Assembly (NCBI GenBank): GCA_964548925.1
Contig: CAZJTM010000004.1
Location: 4,715 to 68,714 of the forward strand
From: an uncultured Verrucomicrobiota bacterium
GTDB lineage: Bacteria > Verrucomicrobiota > Verrucomicrobiia > Limisphaerales > MWDV01
DNA length: 64,000 bases
Direction: 5' to 3'
The position numbers and the translations under genes were made by a program. Every line of letters starts with the position of its first letter. Within the stretch, counting starts at the first letter, position 1. Of the stretch, positions 21,601 to 27,500 are shown piece by piece. Under the pieces are notes generated by a model. The model was not told where the DNA came from. It saw nothing but the letters and a program-made list of their open reading frames with translations, and did not search any database.

Positions 21601-22865
21601 AAGAAGCCGACGCAGTCCTCGGCGGTGTCGTCGCCCGTCCACCAAGCGAAGAGACCGGGGGGCGCTGGCATCACAACGGGGAGGCACGCCAGGTGATCCA
21701 ATACAAAGCCGTCACCCGGGGCGTTGTCTATCTTGATCGAAGTGATCGCGTTCGTACCCGTGGCGTCAATCCGCACATAACCTTGCCGTCCGGTCCCGAC
21801 CGTGAGACCGGCCAGTCGGAGCAGCCCGCCGTAATCCACCCCGTTGATCCAGAGCCGCGCGTCGGTTTCCATCTGCTGCACGCTGAACGCCACGGCACGC
21901 AAGGGGACGGTGAATTGCAGGAAGATGTCGCCCCACTCGGCGGTGGTGCTGTAGGCGTGCGATTGGTTGTCCCGCGTGTTCAGCAACCCGTTCGAGCCGG
22001 TCCACGGCGCTCCCCGGAAGGCTGTGCCGTACGTGTCATTCGTTGGATTGAACAGATTGGGGAGCGTGTCGGTCACCGCCCGGTTCCCCGCCGCGGTTTC
22101 GCATCCGATCAACAAGTGCGGCGCGAGGTTGGTGTCCTCGAAATCTTCGATGAACCAACCGGCGACTCCGAGCGCCCAATCGTTCGTCGCCCAAAAGTTC
22201 GGAGCGAACCCCGTCAACTGAAACGGCGGCGGATTCGTGCTGAACGCCAAGTGGTCAATCACCCAGCCATCGTAACTGCCCGCACTCTTCAGGCGGATGG
22301 CCGCGATCGTATTCGTGCCTGTGGCGTCAATGCGCACGTATCCCTGGCGCTGGCCGTTCACCGGCAGCCCGCTCAAAGCCGCCAGCCCGCCCAGTTCGGT
22401 GCCGTTGATGAACAGGCGCACGTCTTGGTCCAACTGCTGCACACTGAACCCGACGCATCGCACGGGCGTCGGAAACTCCAGGATCATCGTGCCCCAATGC
22501 TGGCTCTCGGCGTAAGAATGCGACTGGTTGTCGCGGGTGTTCACCAGACACCGCGAGCCATCCCACACGCCCGCCCGGAAGGCCGTGCCGTAAGCGTCGT
22601 TGGTCGGATTGAACACGTTGGGCAACGTGCTGGTCGGGGTTAGATTGCCGGCGGGAGATTCACAGCCCACCAGCAGGTTCGGCACGAGCGCGGCGTCCTC
22701 GAAGTCCTCGATGGCGTATCCCGCAAGCCCGAGGGCGGCATCGCCCGCACCCCACTGGGAGGCCGGGTAACCGACCACTTGCAAGCCGGCCCGGGCCGTG
22801 CCCGTCCCCAGCGCGCAGAGCAACCCTGCGGCGACCGCGATTCGCTTGAGCCGGAGCGCGAACAT
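6603..22865 (-). CDS. Giant (~5,420 aa) secreted multidomain adhesin-like protein: LamG x7, Ig-like, L-type-lectin-like, CARDB, Calx-beta, FN3, cadherin-like, cohesin-like
   Basis: A single uninterrupted frame (ORF track 6603..23096). The preferred start is the ATG at 22865, giving signal peptide MFALRLKRIAVAAGLLCALGTGTARA. In-frame alternatives lie at 22967 (ATG) and 23096. Domain motifs recognised by eye are listed in the findings. My residue count was cross-checked: the predicted Gly12 codons fall exactly on the GGN run at 10485-10520. Confidence 0.9.
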   Translation of the reverse strand: MFALRLKRIAVAAGLLCALGTGTARAGLQVVGYPASQWGAGDAALGLAGYAIEDFEDAALVPNLLVGCESPAGNLTPTSTLPNVFNPTNDAYGTAFRAGVWDGSRCLVNTRDNQSHSYAESQHWGTMILEFPTPVRCVGFSVQQLDQDVRLFINGTELGGLAALSGLPVNGQRQGYVRIDATGTNTIAAIRLKSAGSYDGWVIDHLAFSTNPPPFQLTGFAPNFWATNDWALGVAGWFIEDFEDTNLAPHLLIGCETAAGNRAVTDTLPNLFNPTNDTYGTAFRGAPWTGSNGLLNTRDNQSHAYSTTAEWGDIFLQFTVPLRAVAFSVQQMETDARLWINGVDYGGLLRLAGLTVGTGRQGYVRIDATGTNAITSIKIDNAPGDGFVLDHLACLPVVMPAPPGLFAWWTGDDTAEDCVGFFHGQLRNGASFAPGKVGKAFRLDGVDDFVEMPNVVKSNGAFSFAFWMKADAFTHDRYMGPFCQENGSTVRSEYKGWFYYTGNSSSFHSLGMQGTWTDETTLDGRVVQALQPGVWYHVVTTYDGVKLRQYLNGALRNEASYAGKALGNPWPLRVGKLTAFPTSGHVTAYFHGLLDEIMFFNRSLSADEVAAVYAADSAGVARPGILPPAGLAAWWPGDGNADDVVGWNDGWLVGGTGFTNGLVDQAFVFDSDDDHVLIPHHETLNVSSNGFTCEFWMKADKNQPGTHSALLDKSHGFVDSTGWAFHGFRADGKLTFIIGRGGAGAGDFASVSTLGDVLDNQFHHIAGIWDRTNLLLYVDGTLQETAALTMPANNSRHLFFGRVWGNDTPQRFYRGLLDEVALYPRALSASEVAAIVAAGGSGRQKPACVAPPCDLVAWLPGEGNANDRASGLNGTTGGNVAFVDGRVGRAFRFVDSPDSYVTLPNSPAWLPANNQLTIAAWVKPDFTVTGDKADTILSKRDGCGTFSYHFGVMKGHRGMTGPLYFGMSGGVLGDSPVTSTPVPNDGQFHHVAVTFDGNAASDNVRFYIDGQFAGSANGQQTIPATATSPVMGKHAECGYYSSADMDEIAFFQRALSAQEIAALYTAGSEGICHADAPLPPPTGQVAWWRAEGDARDTLGNHHGALQNGISFTSGVAGNGFALDGTNDCVIVPHAEALNIASNGFTVEFWMRGDKTQPGQANNELCLIEKSHGWVTPYAGWAVQVLTDGRVGWGVAAGGTSFPGVRSPVDVLDSQFHHIAGTYDGANITLYVDGQWQGSTNFAGPAVNNTLPVNIGFTWGGGTPKRFFRGTIDEVSIYQRALSAGEIRAILQAGALGKQPPVSVLPPGGQLAWWRAEGNSEDSVGANHGSLNGSAGFTNGMAGQCFRFNGGTDAVMLAPNALNQAFASVTFEAWVYPTQNGHNSGNDYGLTIFSTTDDHGLALRVKDGYLQPDLRLTGGDLKPVFTQRPVPLNQWSHVAFTYDGSQVRGYLNGQLLGSQAASGTVKTSANAGVRTCIGNEPDGAAIQSGGYGWRGWIDEPALYGRALRGEELAAIYASGSAGKRPPEYLTPPDGLVAWWRAENDGRDTAGGHHAVPQNGLSFTNGFVGQAFTLNAAATMHLRVTNRPALNPTNITLAAWVKPFSYPTVGCAILRKEAGATDQYLLQLGDGTTAGVPHFNSGIPGGWSTGTTPLPLNHWSHIVGTYNGRTACVYLNGLLVDSRTVTGPMPVTTHDLFIGRMEGDTQRNFDGLIDEAAIWNRGLSSDEVAALYAAGSLGLRVPQCAPPPDAMTHWFKAENRADDAVAGLVGALEGGAAFTAGRVGQAFSFDGVNDLVTYTNFPNLGTNSFSVSLWYRADTTSASAGNMKLVNKGMTIAGTPNNAGFQVRLESSKLAFTLSDSTSWIPVTCAEPGVGVWHHVAAIADRTNKLFRLYVDGSLAAQTNYTTLGSIDTNIRFAIGALDRRPGSTALAEFFNGLIDEVLFFDRPLTASEVASLHAAGSAGMCPTVSFDVTSAFGIANGNPNGVWSYGWMPTDFSAFNLYTHTGAASCGGGPFWNRDQNDAPPIVWKNIGSGSAWGVPPGWLSLHPGGGTEPSVIRWTAPATGVAHVVGRFLPGDGAQLQVAVRLNNQPWWNATDAGSFDLITNVTAGATVDFAAYGGYAYGNTPVEATVTLALSEAYPPTILVQPTNQVVTATRDVTLAVSAFGSEPLSYQWFFTNAPLAGATNAVLSFPLITTNRSGTYFVAVSNFVGAVTSQWAVLTVLPDTVGPAVTNFVPLGAVNTNVGRLLVQFNERINVDSLTTADVSVVTPRGALDSSAFTIQPVAPGDGTAFEVLIPSQSLEGDYAVRIGPFITDLAGNLMVGGSLFESQAFTSQPGHWRLLGQAAWNSGGFVRLTPATVQQKGSLVLTQALPAGPFVLSFDFRMSNGGGVGDEDGPGADGIALNFLPHVPGTPFFYGEGSNAPAFHLFLDSYGHPVENPGDTNGDHIAIGWTATNASVNKAIQVKVPQRFIDTGLWHAEVEFDGAGLLTAHIISPTGAVTHVSQSIPAAAIPPQFYFGFGAYTGGGYADQDVDNVLIRQLTADGEYRATFTIDKTGPSITSVSPSGIVSNTMTSFEVNFDSVYAASSLSAADVTLSGPNAPAVQSVSSLSATSFRVTLAGPLPQGDFTITIGPEITDLAGNPMAAPFTANLTVFLPDLAVQNIAAPATALAGQPLNLTWIVTNRGPGNVTTAWKSRVQLATNAAGAGAITLGTFTATNLLAATMSCSPTGNIILPATAAGNRWLVVTADADDNVFENTETNNTLIAATPITLLTPDLALVGLGAPASAQFGQTISVNWAVTNVGTAPAPASWSDRIYLSATSNSISGTTPLATVAADASPLQSSAGYTRSTSVTLPFTAQSAPGTFWLVAFADYADVQAEAAEANNLRSIPISLVLPPMPDLAVVSVTAPTNVLPNQAFDVSWTVTNLGSAPAAGVWSETLMVSNTVTRGSAQAMFTFTNDLATGAFVSRTQAVTLPFSGPAGDLVVLVQLDSRNDVIESVEGNNVGTATNRLTVPLVLSLQLATSSGAEGTSGLKATVTRNGAAGSGALTVTITNSDDTELSTPANVIIPPEATTANFSFKALNDDLLDGPQTVTIGVSATGYQPSQAVFTVLDTNVPSLSLVLDTNVVREGQVINATVTRDLVTGSPLFVSLVSSSPSQLGVQSSVTIPAGEASASFLVFATDDSLVEASQTYEFAASAPGFNSALADVLIHDNDAPRITLMLAANVVSENAGPQAVLATVTRSPASAQPLTLQLESTNTGAARVPASVMFGAYQTNASFAIAAVNDALLDGTQTTEIRAWITDSITGEVLALGAAALLDVTDDDGPALTVAISPKLVKEGLANAANVTLSRNTPATNALTVHLSSSDVSEATVPATAVIPLNQVATTVPLTSVADGINDGNQTVVITASAPDYAPGAATVTVSDSDLPDLFVASISVPAAGETETYVNATYRVANQGFVPSTGSFVTRLYLSRDAQVGDDTLMGQYRFTGSLAPGQYFEQILPVRLPQTAGDYWVVVQTDAEGALAETLEDNNLMISATAIHAAASYSAYVQTTVTTALAGTPVPLKGRATNEFGVGVAYKLVNIHVQVRGTERVIAALTDADGNFSTTFQPLPNEAGSYQIFATHPGVSSVPAQDTFSLLGMKASSPGSVRLAEASSVTGTIVLENLSDVPLTGLAVAVTGKPSNVEVTTSLANGTTLGGRATKQLGFAITAVDATYTWGSIVFEVTSAEGAVLWIELGVTIEPMRPRLVTYPTELVAGMVRGRQTTVGFDVVNVGGRASGPIQVVVPVTTWLQVVSTNLLPSLEPGQTNHVSLLLSPPSNLPLAPYTGSLALNMTNGGLSVPFSFRAISDAKGDLLVTAVDEYTYYAEGAPRVTNAIVTVSDPVTHNPITNGLTDAHGEFYLPEIAEGYYEISVSADKHQGYRRTTFVAAGLTNAVEAFLAREAVRYIWTVVPTQIEDRTRIVIETVFETVVPMPVVTVSPTVIDLADIQADETQIELHVSNHGLIAANNFRLYFDSHPLWKIEPLISDLGSLPANSTLTIPVMIRRLTQGRDPTPSAACSFGGGATWDLVCGKTNKYTAPVAVVGAASGCGGVAAAAFHASGNGGRPSGGGGGGGGGGGGSSSGSYVTTVSFVPPTICDCDGFKEFCLGGDVAFEFGEIGEKISDIIAKACPPTIKVQGVDVEINISGEICTCCKDGNISLRGQAEGSASITVTLRGGLSVSGDLEFEAPGFTGIKAEADAMIGIELVVKGTVSLIFEQECLGKRRLCVGGSLSLTPFAGTKAMVDVQASSEYDALSWGGRCEMNVGVVGNIEAGIFGCSDTGFRAYGCGELGSLCNMSCALTAVDAFGNTLTNGFNGNADYPWINRSCSTSGPPPVVVSGPVRGPRGPRDPLPDLGTVFEDLPGDIFFKPEAEVMRKLGWNEAAMSGVCAQVKLRIDQEAVISRDAFKATLEVVNDSGSLLNNVSVDVVVQDANGANQTALFGLRPPVLTGISAVNGSGVIGPNSTGKAEWIIVPTSDAAPNEPLAYWVSGTLRYVQDGLEISVPLAPAPITVYPNPRLFVKYFHERNVYSDDPFTDVVEPSIPYNLAVMIENRGKGDARNVRITSAQPEIVDNERGLLIAFAIIATEVAGQNMTPSLTANFGTITNGQIAIGRWLLTSTLQGLFTDYKASFEHLDSLGNTRLSLIEEVTIHEMIHLVRAQGALDDGKFDFLVNAVPDAEDLPDRIFLSDGTTNDVEVVQQANVAAPPSAQNLAVQLTAPMPPGWVYLRVPDPGAGQFILKRVVRSDGREIFFNTNAWTTDRTFIGFGRRPVYEHLFHLLDHDSTGVYTLHYELPPAPDSTPPVSSVAALPTDSRETFQVQWSGSDDTGDVAGYDVFVSANGGPFLPWLTRTKLTTASFQGVFGTQYAFYSVAVDAAGNREAAPITPDAVTTVTLINHPPVITPVGMRTVDEGGEFVLTPVVTDANLPDDLLVFSLVSGPPGLTLNPTTGEMRWLTSEAHGPSTNTITWRVRDSGVPQKSATDTFTLIVNEVNTAPTMGRLTNVTVMEGRWLNVTNTALDTDLPPQKLTWSLGAGAPAGVAINAASGLLTWKPTEFQGGTTNPITVIVRDNGSGSLAATQTFLVTVLDTMSDFFVGFGTTNVLSGGAGALPLRVIAGVPLTNLSFTLTADEARLTNLVWQPLRPELTSLALLRTATNTFAATLEAAGGNPLFGAVNLAELRFGTVPHPHSAVGTIALDNVLGIAASGTPMSNAEGEAGRIFIIGEEPIASDLTRANQLCALTLYGRPGVTYWVQSATNVVGAPWQTVRTVTLNGTWERVVALPAADTQTFYRLVEAPTTPNAGPLTLRAEAGKHVIEWVPTRPNCALEEATALGPTMNWTPAQGVTVVLTNGVARVTLSPAGGTKFYRLRCD
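10485..10520 (-). repeat. Homopolymeric Gly12 tract (12 consecutive GGN codons) inside the giant gene
   Basis: The plus strand reads gcc gcc acc acc acc gcc acc acc acc acc gcc acc. The protein context is ..GNGGRPSGGGGGGGGGGGGSSSGSY.. Confidence 0.95.
12573..14897 (-). repeat. Three CARDB-like repeats followed by four Calx-beta-like repeats within the giant gene
   Basis: The CARDB units each start PDLA(V/L).. and contain W.VTN.G. The Calx-beta units are of the type LSLQLATSSGAEGTSGLKATVTRNG...TVTITNSDDTELSTPANVIIPPEATTANFSFKALNDDLLDGPQTVTI. A further CARDB unit follows at about 12222-12572. Confidence 0.7.
16962..21656 (-). repeat. Array of 7 LamG/Laminin_G_3-like repeats (~215-229 aa each) within the giant gene
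   Basis: Each unit opens with a motif such as GLFAWWTGDD, GLAAWWPGDG, DLVAWLPGEG, GQVAWWRAEG, GQLAWWRAEG, GLVAWWRAEN or AMTHWFKAEN. Each unit closes with an L(L/I)DE(I/V/A)xx(F/Y/W)xR(A/S/G/P)L(S/T)xxE(V/I)AA(V/I/L) motif. Confidence 0.8.
21657..22787 (-). repeat. Tandem duplication of an unknown ~188-aa N-terminal domain within the giant gene
   Basis: Two consecutive segments align along their whole length. Shared blocks include IEDFED, LPN(V/L)FNPTND(A/T)YGTAFR, NTRDNQSH, FSVQQ, GRQGYVRIDATGTN and DHLA. Roughly half of the positions are identical by eye. Confidence 0.75.
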
Positions 22866-23233
22866 GCCAAGGCGGCGGGCTGCTCGGCAGGACAACCAGA
22901 AGCCCCCGCCAACATTTTGGCCAAAGGCGGTCACGCGGCGACAAGAAGACGATGGGTGCGGTTTCATGGGATGGAAGTTTGGGCTGAAGCTTGGGTAACC
23001 GTCAGAGGGTGAGGCAGCGCTCCGACACGGAAGTCGTAGAATCGGGACAGCAAGCAAGGCCGGGCAGCGCGTTGGACGTGAAGTGTTCATGGGCAACCAG
23101 TCTGAAGTTTTCCCTGCGATTTGGTTTCTATCCGAAGGCGATTAGACCTCAAGAGAGCAAACCGGTCAATACTGTCGTTCCGGTGATAAGACCGGAAGAG
23201 TACGGAGTCTCCCTCCACACTGGCAACCGCAGC

Positions 23234-23387
23234 CACCGCTTTGCCAGCAATTCTCACGTTGACGGAGTCAAACTCCGCCGGGTGAGGGCACCCGGCCTAC
23301 ATCCGCATAAACCCGCCCCATTGTAGCCCGGGTGCCCTCACCCGGCGGCCTATCTGGGCCAAAATGAGAATTGCTGCCGCTTTGCGG
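23234..23387. repeat. Composite palindromic element: perfect 21-bp inner inverted repeat plus 12-bp outer inverted repeat
   Basis: The inner arms are ccgccgggtgagggcacccgg (23275-23295) and ccgggtgccctcacccggcgg (23328-23348), which are exact reverse complements separated by a 32-nt spacer. The outer arms are cagcaattctca (23245-23256) and tgagaattgctg (23365-23376). The element lies between the stop of the pseudopilin-like gene (23543) and the start of the giant gene. Confidence 0.75.
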
Positions 23388-23542
23388 AGCACCACAGGTG
23401 TGGCGACCCCGGGACGACAGCGGACGAAAACGGTAAGCGTTCGGTAGAAGCGGATTTCGACTGCAGGCGTCCGCCGACATCGGCGGCGCCGGCAGGCCGC
23501 CGCGCGCCAATGCAGCGGGCCCAGTGAGCTGGGCAGACCGAG

Positions 23543-24385
23543 TCAGGGCCGCCAGTAGGACATGGCGAGCCGGTACTTATAGCCGTCGTTCCCAATGCCT
23601 GACCAGAGCGCCGGATCAAAGGCATGCGGCAGCCGCTTGGCGGTCTGGAAGACCACGTGGCCATCGCCAAACAGCGCATTGATGCCCGCGATGCCCCGGT
23701 CACGATGCGGCGCCGCGCCCGGGCTGTCGAGGTTGTGAACCAGATCGGTGGCCATGCTCCGGCCTGGGTCCACCACCGGTTGCTTGAGCGGGACGAGGTA
23801 GCTGTTCTTGCCCGTCTCTTTGATCTGCGGCAACAGCACCCCGCGACCGGCGTCCTCCAGCACGCGCGACTGCGGGAAGTAACTGTAGCCGCCGCGGACC
23901 TTGTCTTCGGCCGTCGCGCCGTCGGGCTGCACGGCCGGCGGGTTCGGCCAGCGGCCATTCTTGACATAGTAATCGTAGGTATAGACGCCGCCGTACTTCT
24001 TGCCGCTGGCACAGTAGAAGACTTGCGGGTCGGGCACGGACTTGGTGGACCAGAGCAAGCCCAGGTTGTGCGGGCCTTCGGAAATAACGCCGGTGCCCGG
24101 CGTCACCCGCGCCAGTTCGTAAGGGTACCAGGAGTTCTCGTTGCGGAACTTGCAGATGGGCAGACGGTCGTCGTGCTCGCTGGCATACATGAAGATGCCG
24201 AGGCCGATTTGCTTGAGATTGCTGGAACACGCGATCCGAAGCGCGCGTTCCTTGGCTTTGCCCAGCGCGGGCAACAGCATCGCCGCCAGAATGGCGATGA
24301 TGGCAATCACCACCAGGAGTTCGATCAGCGTGAACCCGCCGCACGGCGCGACGGCCTTTGTCCGGCCCTGCTTCAACGTCTTCAT
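23543..24385 (-). CDS. Prepilin-type N-terminal cleavage/methylation domain protein (H-X9-DG / DUF1559-like pseudopilin)
   Basis: From the ATG at 24385 the protein reads [46 protein letters not shown], a class III signal with a G|FTLIE cleavage motif. The C-terminal ..[12 protein letters not shown] is a DGH motif. The ORF-track start at 24793 adds 136 aa of non-protein-like sequence. An alternative start lies at 24418. Confidence 0.85.
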   Translation of the reverse strand: MKTLKQGRTKAVAPCGGFTLIELLVVIAIIAILAAMLLPALGKAKERALRIACSSNLKQIGLGIFMYASEHDDRLPICKFRNENSWYPYELARVTPGTGVISEGPHNLGLLWSTKSVPDPQVFYCASGKKYGGVYTYDYYVKNGRWPNPPAVQPDGATAEDKVRGGYSYFPQSRVLEDAGRGVLLPQIKETGKNSYLVPLKQPVVDPGRSMATDLVHNLDSPGAAPHRDRGIAGINALFGDGHVVFQTAKRLPHAFDPALWSGIGNDGYKYRLAMSYWRP

Positions 24386-24507
24386 AAACCTGCTTGTCCT
24401 GCCCGCCATCATTCTCATCCGCCCATCCGCAACTATCTTCCCTGCAAGCGTGTGGCGCCTCCGAGCCCATCTGAGCCCGGAGGCACCGAATCGTGAAACG
24501 CCTGCCG

Positions 24508-27500
24508 TCACGGCGTTGGATAGCGCATGCGATAGAACACCTGCGGCTGGGTCGCATCCAACGGCAGGATCATCTGGTTCGTGGCTGCCGACCCCGGCAC
24601 GGTGTACCACATGGTGGTGTCGGCCACACTCACCGAGTTGCTCTGCAACTCCCAACCAACGTAGCCGGACGGCCAGGAGAGCGTGAGCTTCCCGTCGCTC
24701 ACGGAACAGACCACATTGGTCGGGGCCGTTGGAATCGTCGGGACGGCACTCAAAACCACAATCGAGCCATCCAAGGCCAGCCGGTTCGACCAAACCATTC
24801 CCGCGCCGGTGATCGCCATCGCCGCGCCGCCGGTGAGGGCCTTGTTGAACACTTGGAACCGGTCGCCCGCAACCAAGGCGGTGGCGCCGAGATTGGTCAC
24901 CACCACCGTGCCCGTGCCGGTGTTGTTCAACGCGCCGTTGACGGCAACCAGATCGCTGGTTTGCGCGAGCGCTTTGTTGACTTCGATCATGACGTCGCCC
25001 GCCAGCGTCAGGCTATTGTTGATCGTCAGCGTGCCGATGGCAGAGTTGCCGGGCACCAGGTTGGCGTCCGCGCCCACTGTCACCGGGCCAAGAATGGTGC
25101 CGGCGCCGCCCAAATTGCCGTTCGTCGCGATGACGCCGCCGGTGCTGATCTGCCCATTGACCAGCAGCGTTCCGCCTCCGACATGGGTGGGACCGGTGTA
25201 GGTATTCAGGCCGGAGAGAACGAGGACGCCGTTGCCTGTCTTCGTCAGTGGGACGGCCAGGCCGCCGTCGCTGATCACGCCGGCGAGCGTGCTCAGGGCG
25301 GTGTTGTTGACATTGATCGGGCGCTCGTTGACCCCGCCATCGTTCCCATTCAGGCTCATGTCACCGGTGAGCGTCAGGTTGTTGCTGCCGCCCAGGATGA
25401 TGGTGGTCAGGTTCGCGCCGACATCGTAGGTGATCGGATTGGCAATGGTCCGCGCGCCGCCGCTGGCAAACAGGGTGCAGGAACCGACCGTGCCGCTTTC
25501 AGTCGTCGAGACAATCGGGCCGGTGCCGAGCGGGCCGGAAACGATGGATCCCCCGGATACCACGGAGTCAGCACCCACCCCGATACTGCCTTGGCTGAGC
25601 ATCGTGCCCCCGGAGTAAGTGTTGCCGGGATTGTTGAGAATGGCTTGCCCGCCAGCGCAGCGGACGAGGACCGTTCCGATTCCCGAGATCACCCCGTTGT
25701 ACACTTGAACGCCGCTGGAGTGGTAAGGCGCCAAGAACAGCGTGCTCGCGCCCAGATCAAGGTTCCCGTCATAGGTAAACGGGCGATAGAGCCGGACGCG
25801 GCTGGTGCTGGAGGACGTCGGACTGAGGTTCAGCGTTTTGCCGGGGGTGCCGCTCAGCGGTCCCGTTAGAACGCAGGCGTAAGTCCCGCTGGAAGTGAAC
25901 TCCAGCGTTGAATCGTCAACCACGTTGATGGCGTTGGGCAGGCCGGATTCGGCGCCGCCCGCCGGCCAGACCGTCAGCTTGCCGCCGGCCATCACCACGG
26001 GGCCGGAGCCCAGCGCCTGATAGCTGTTCGCATTGGGGATGATGACGACCCCGTTGCTCAGAATGGTCGAACCCGTATGGTAGTTGGGACCGCTCATCGT
26101 GAGTGTGTTCCAGCCGATCTTGACCAGGTTTCCTGAGCCGTAGAACCGATCAGTAGTCGTCACGTCATCAGGACGGTTGTAGGTGACGGTACCGTTGTTG
26201 GTGATCGCGCCCGTTCCCAATTTGCCGCGACCGTTCGTGCCATCGCCAATGACCACATTGCCGCCCAAGATGGTTGTGAGACCGGTGTAATCGTTGTCCG
26301 TCACCAAGGTCAGGGTTCCGGTGTTGGTCTTGAGCAGGCTGGCCGTGCCCGTGATCTTGCCCGTGCCGGCGGTGGTGTCGAAGACGTAGTTCTTGGTGGC
26401 ATTCACCATGACGGATCCGGCGGAGGCCTCGATGGTCAGATCAACGGTGGTGCGGGTGCTGGTGTCGTCAAAGGTGACGTTGTCTCCGGTGGTAAAGAGG
26501 CTCGCGAGCGCGCCGTTCAGCCAGTTGGCCGTGGTGAAGTCCCACTGGCCGTCCACGTTCCCCCGCCAGGTCAGGTTGGCGGCGGAAGACACGCCACTGA
26601 CCGTCAGATAAATTTCCTTGGCAACTGGATTCACCCCCAAGGTCAGCGAGCCGGTCTGGGCCGGGTAATCCAGCATCAGGTTGCTCAGGTCCGCCGAGAG
26701 TGTGCCACCACACTTCATCAACGTGTAAGTGCCGTTGGGAATGACGGCGCCCGTGGGCACCACCCGCACCACGACCATCTCGCTCACGGTCAGGTCGCCG
26801 GCGACGAGAATCTTGTCGTTGGCGGCCGCCCCGACTCTGAACAGGTTGGTCGTCGCGAATGAACCCGCCAGCGACAGGTTGTTGGAAAAGCTCAATGTGC
26901 CGATCACCGTGAGGCCGGGGCTCACCATGCCTTGAACAATCGCGACGTTGCCCGTGACCACCCCGTTGCCCGCCAGCGTCTGGCCAGCAGCCGTGGACCA
27001 GGGGGAATCCAACCCGGCCACGTCGAAACGGCCCGGGCTCACCACGGTAATGAGCGGCGTGGTGGTGAGAGCGGCCGTGCCCGTCAGAGCCAGGCAACCG
27101 TTGCTGATCGTCGTCGTACCCGTGTAGGCATGGCTGGAGCCGGTCAGGGTCAATTTGCCGGTCCCCACCTTGATCAAGCCGGCAATTCGGGCGGCGGTAT
27201 TGTTGTAATGCATGAGCCGGCCCGCAAACGTGGTGTCGGTGTTCAACGCGCCAATCTCCCAGTAAATCGGAATGCCCGTGCTCTGCTCACTGGACTGAAG
27301 CGACGGCGTGGTTCCCTCCCCTTTCAACGCACCGATCCGCACGACACCGTTGGCCGCGGTCATCCGCGGCGCAAAACGTCCCGCGTTCGTGCCCATGTCG
27401 AGGGTGATGCCGCTCAGGTCATAGACCGAGCCGCTGCCCAGATTGAACCGCGTCAAGCCGCCGAGGCTGTTGGCCCAAGAGATGGTTCCGGTGAAGTTCG

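Noticed and set aside
22866-23096. ORF-track start at 23096 for the giant protein.
   Set aside because: The extra 77 residues (MPMNTSRPTRCPALLAVPILRLPCRSAASPSDGY...) precede a canonical signal peptide that begins at the ATG at 22865. An internal Met followed by a signal peptide is the more plausible start. The ATG at 22967 cannot be excluded.
23296-23327. Spacer of the 23.3-kb palindrome (..ccggcctacatccgcataaac..), which resembles the tail of enterobacterial REP sequences.
   Set aside because: The similarity is a few nucleotides long and I recalled it from memory. It is most likely coincidental in a GC-rich palindrome. I do not claim homology.
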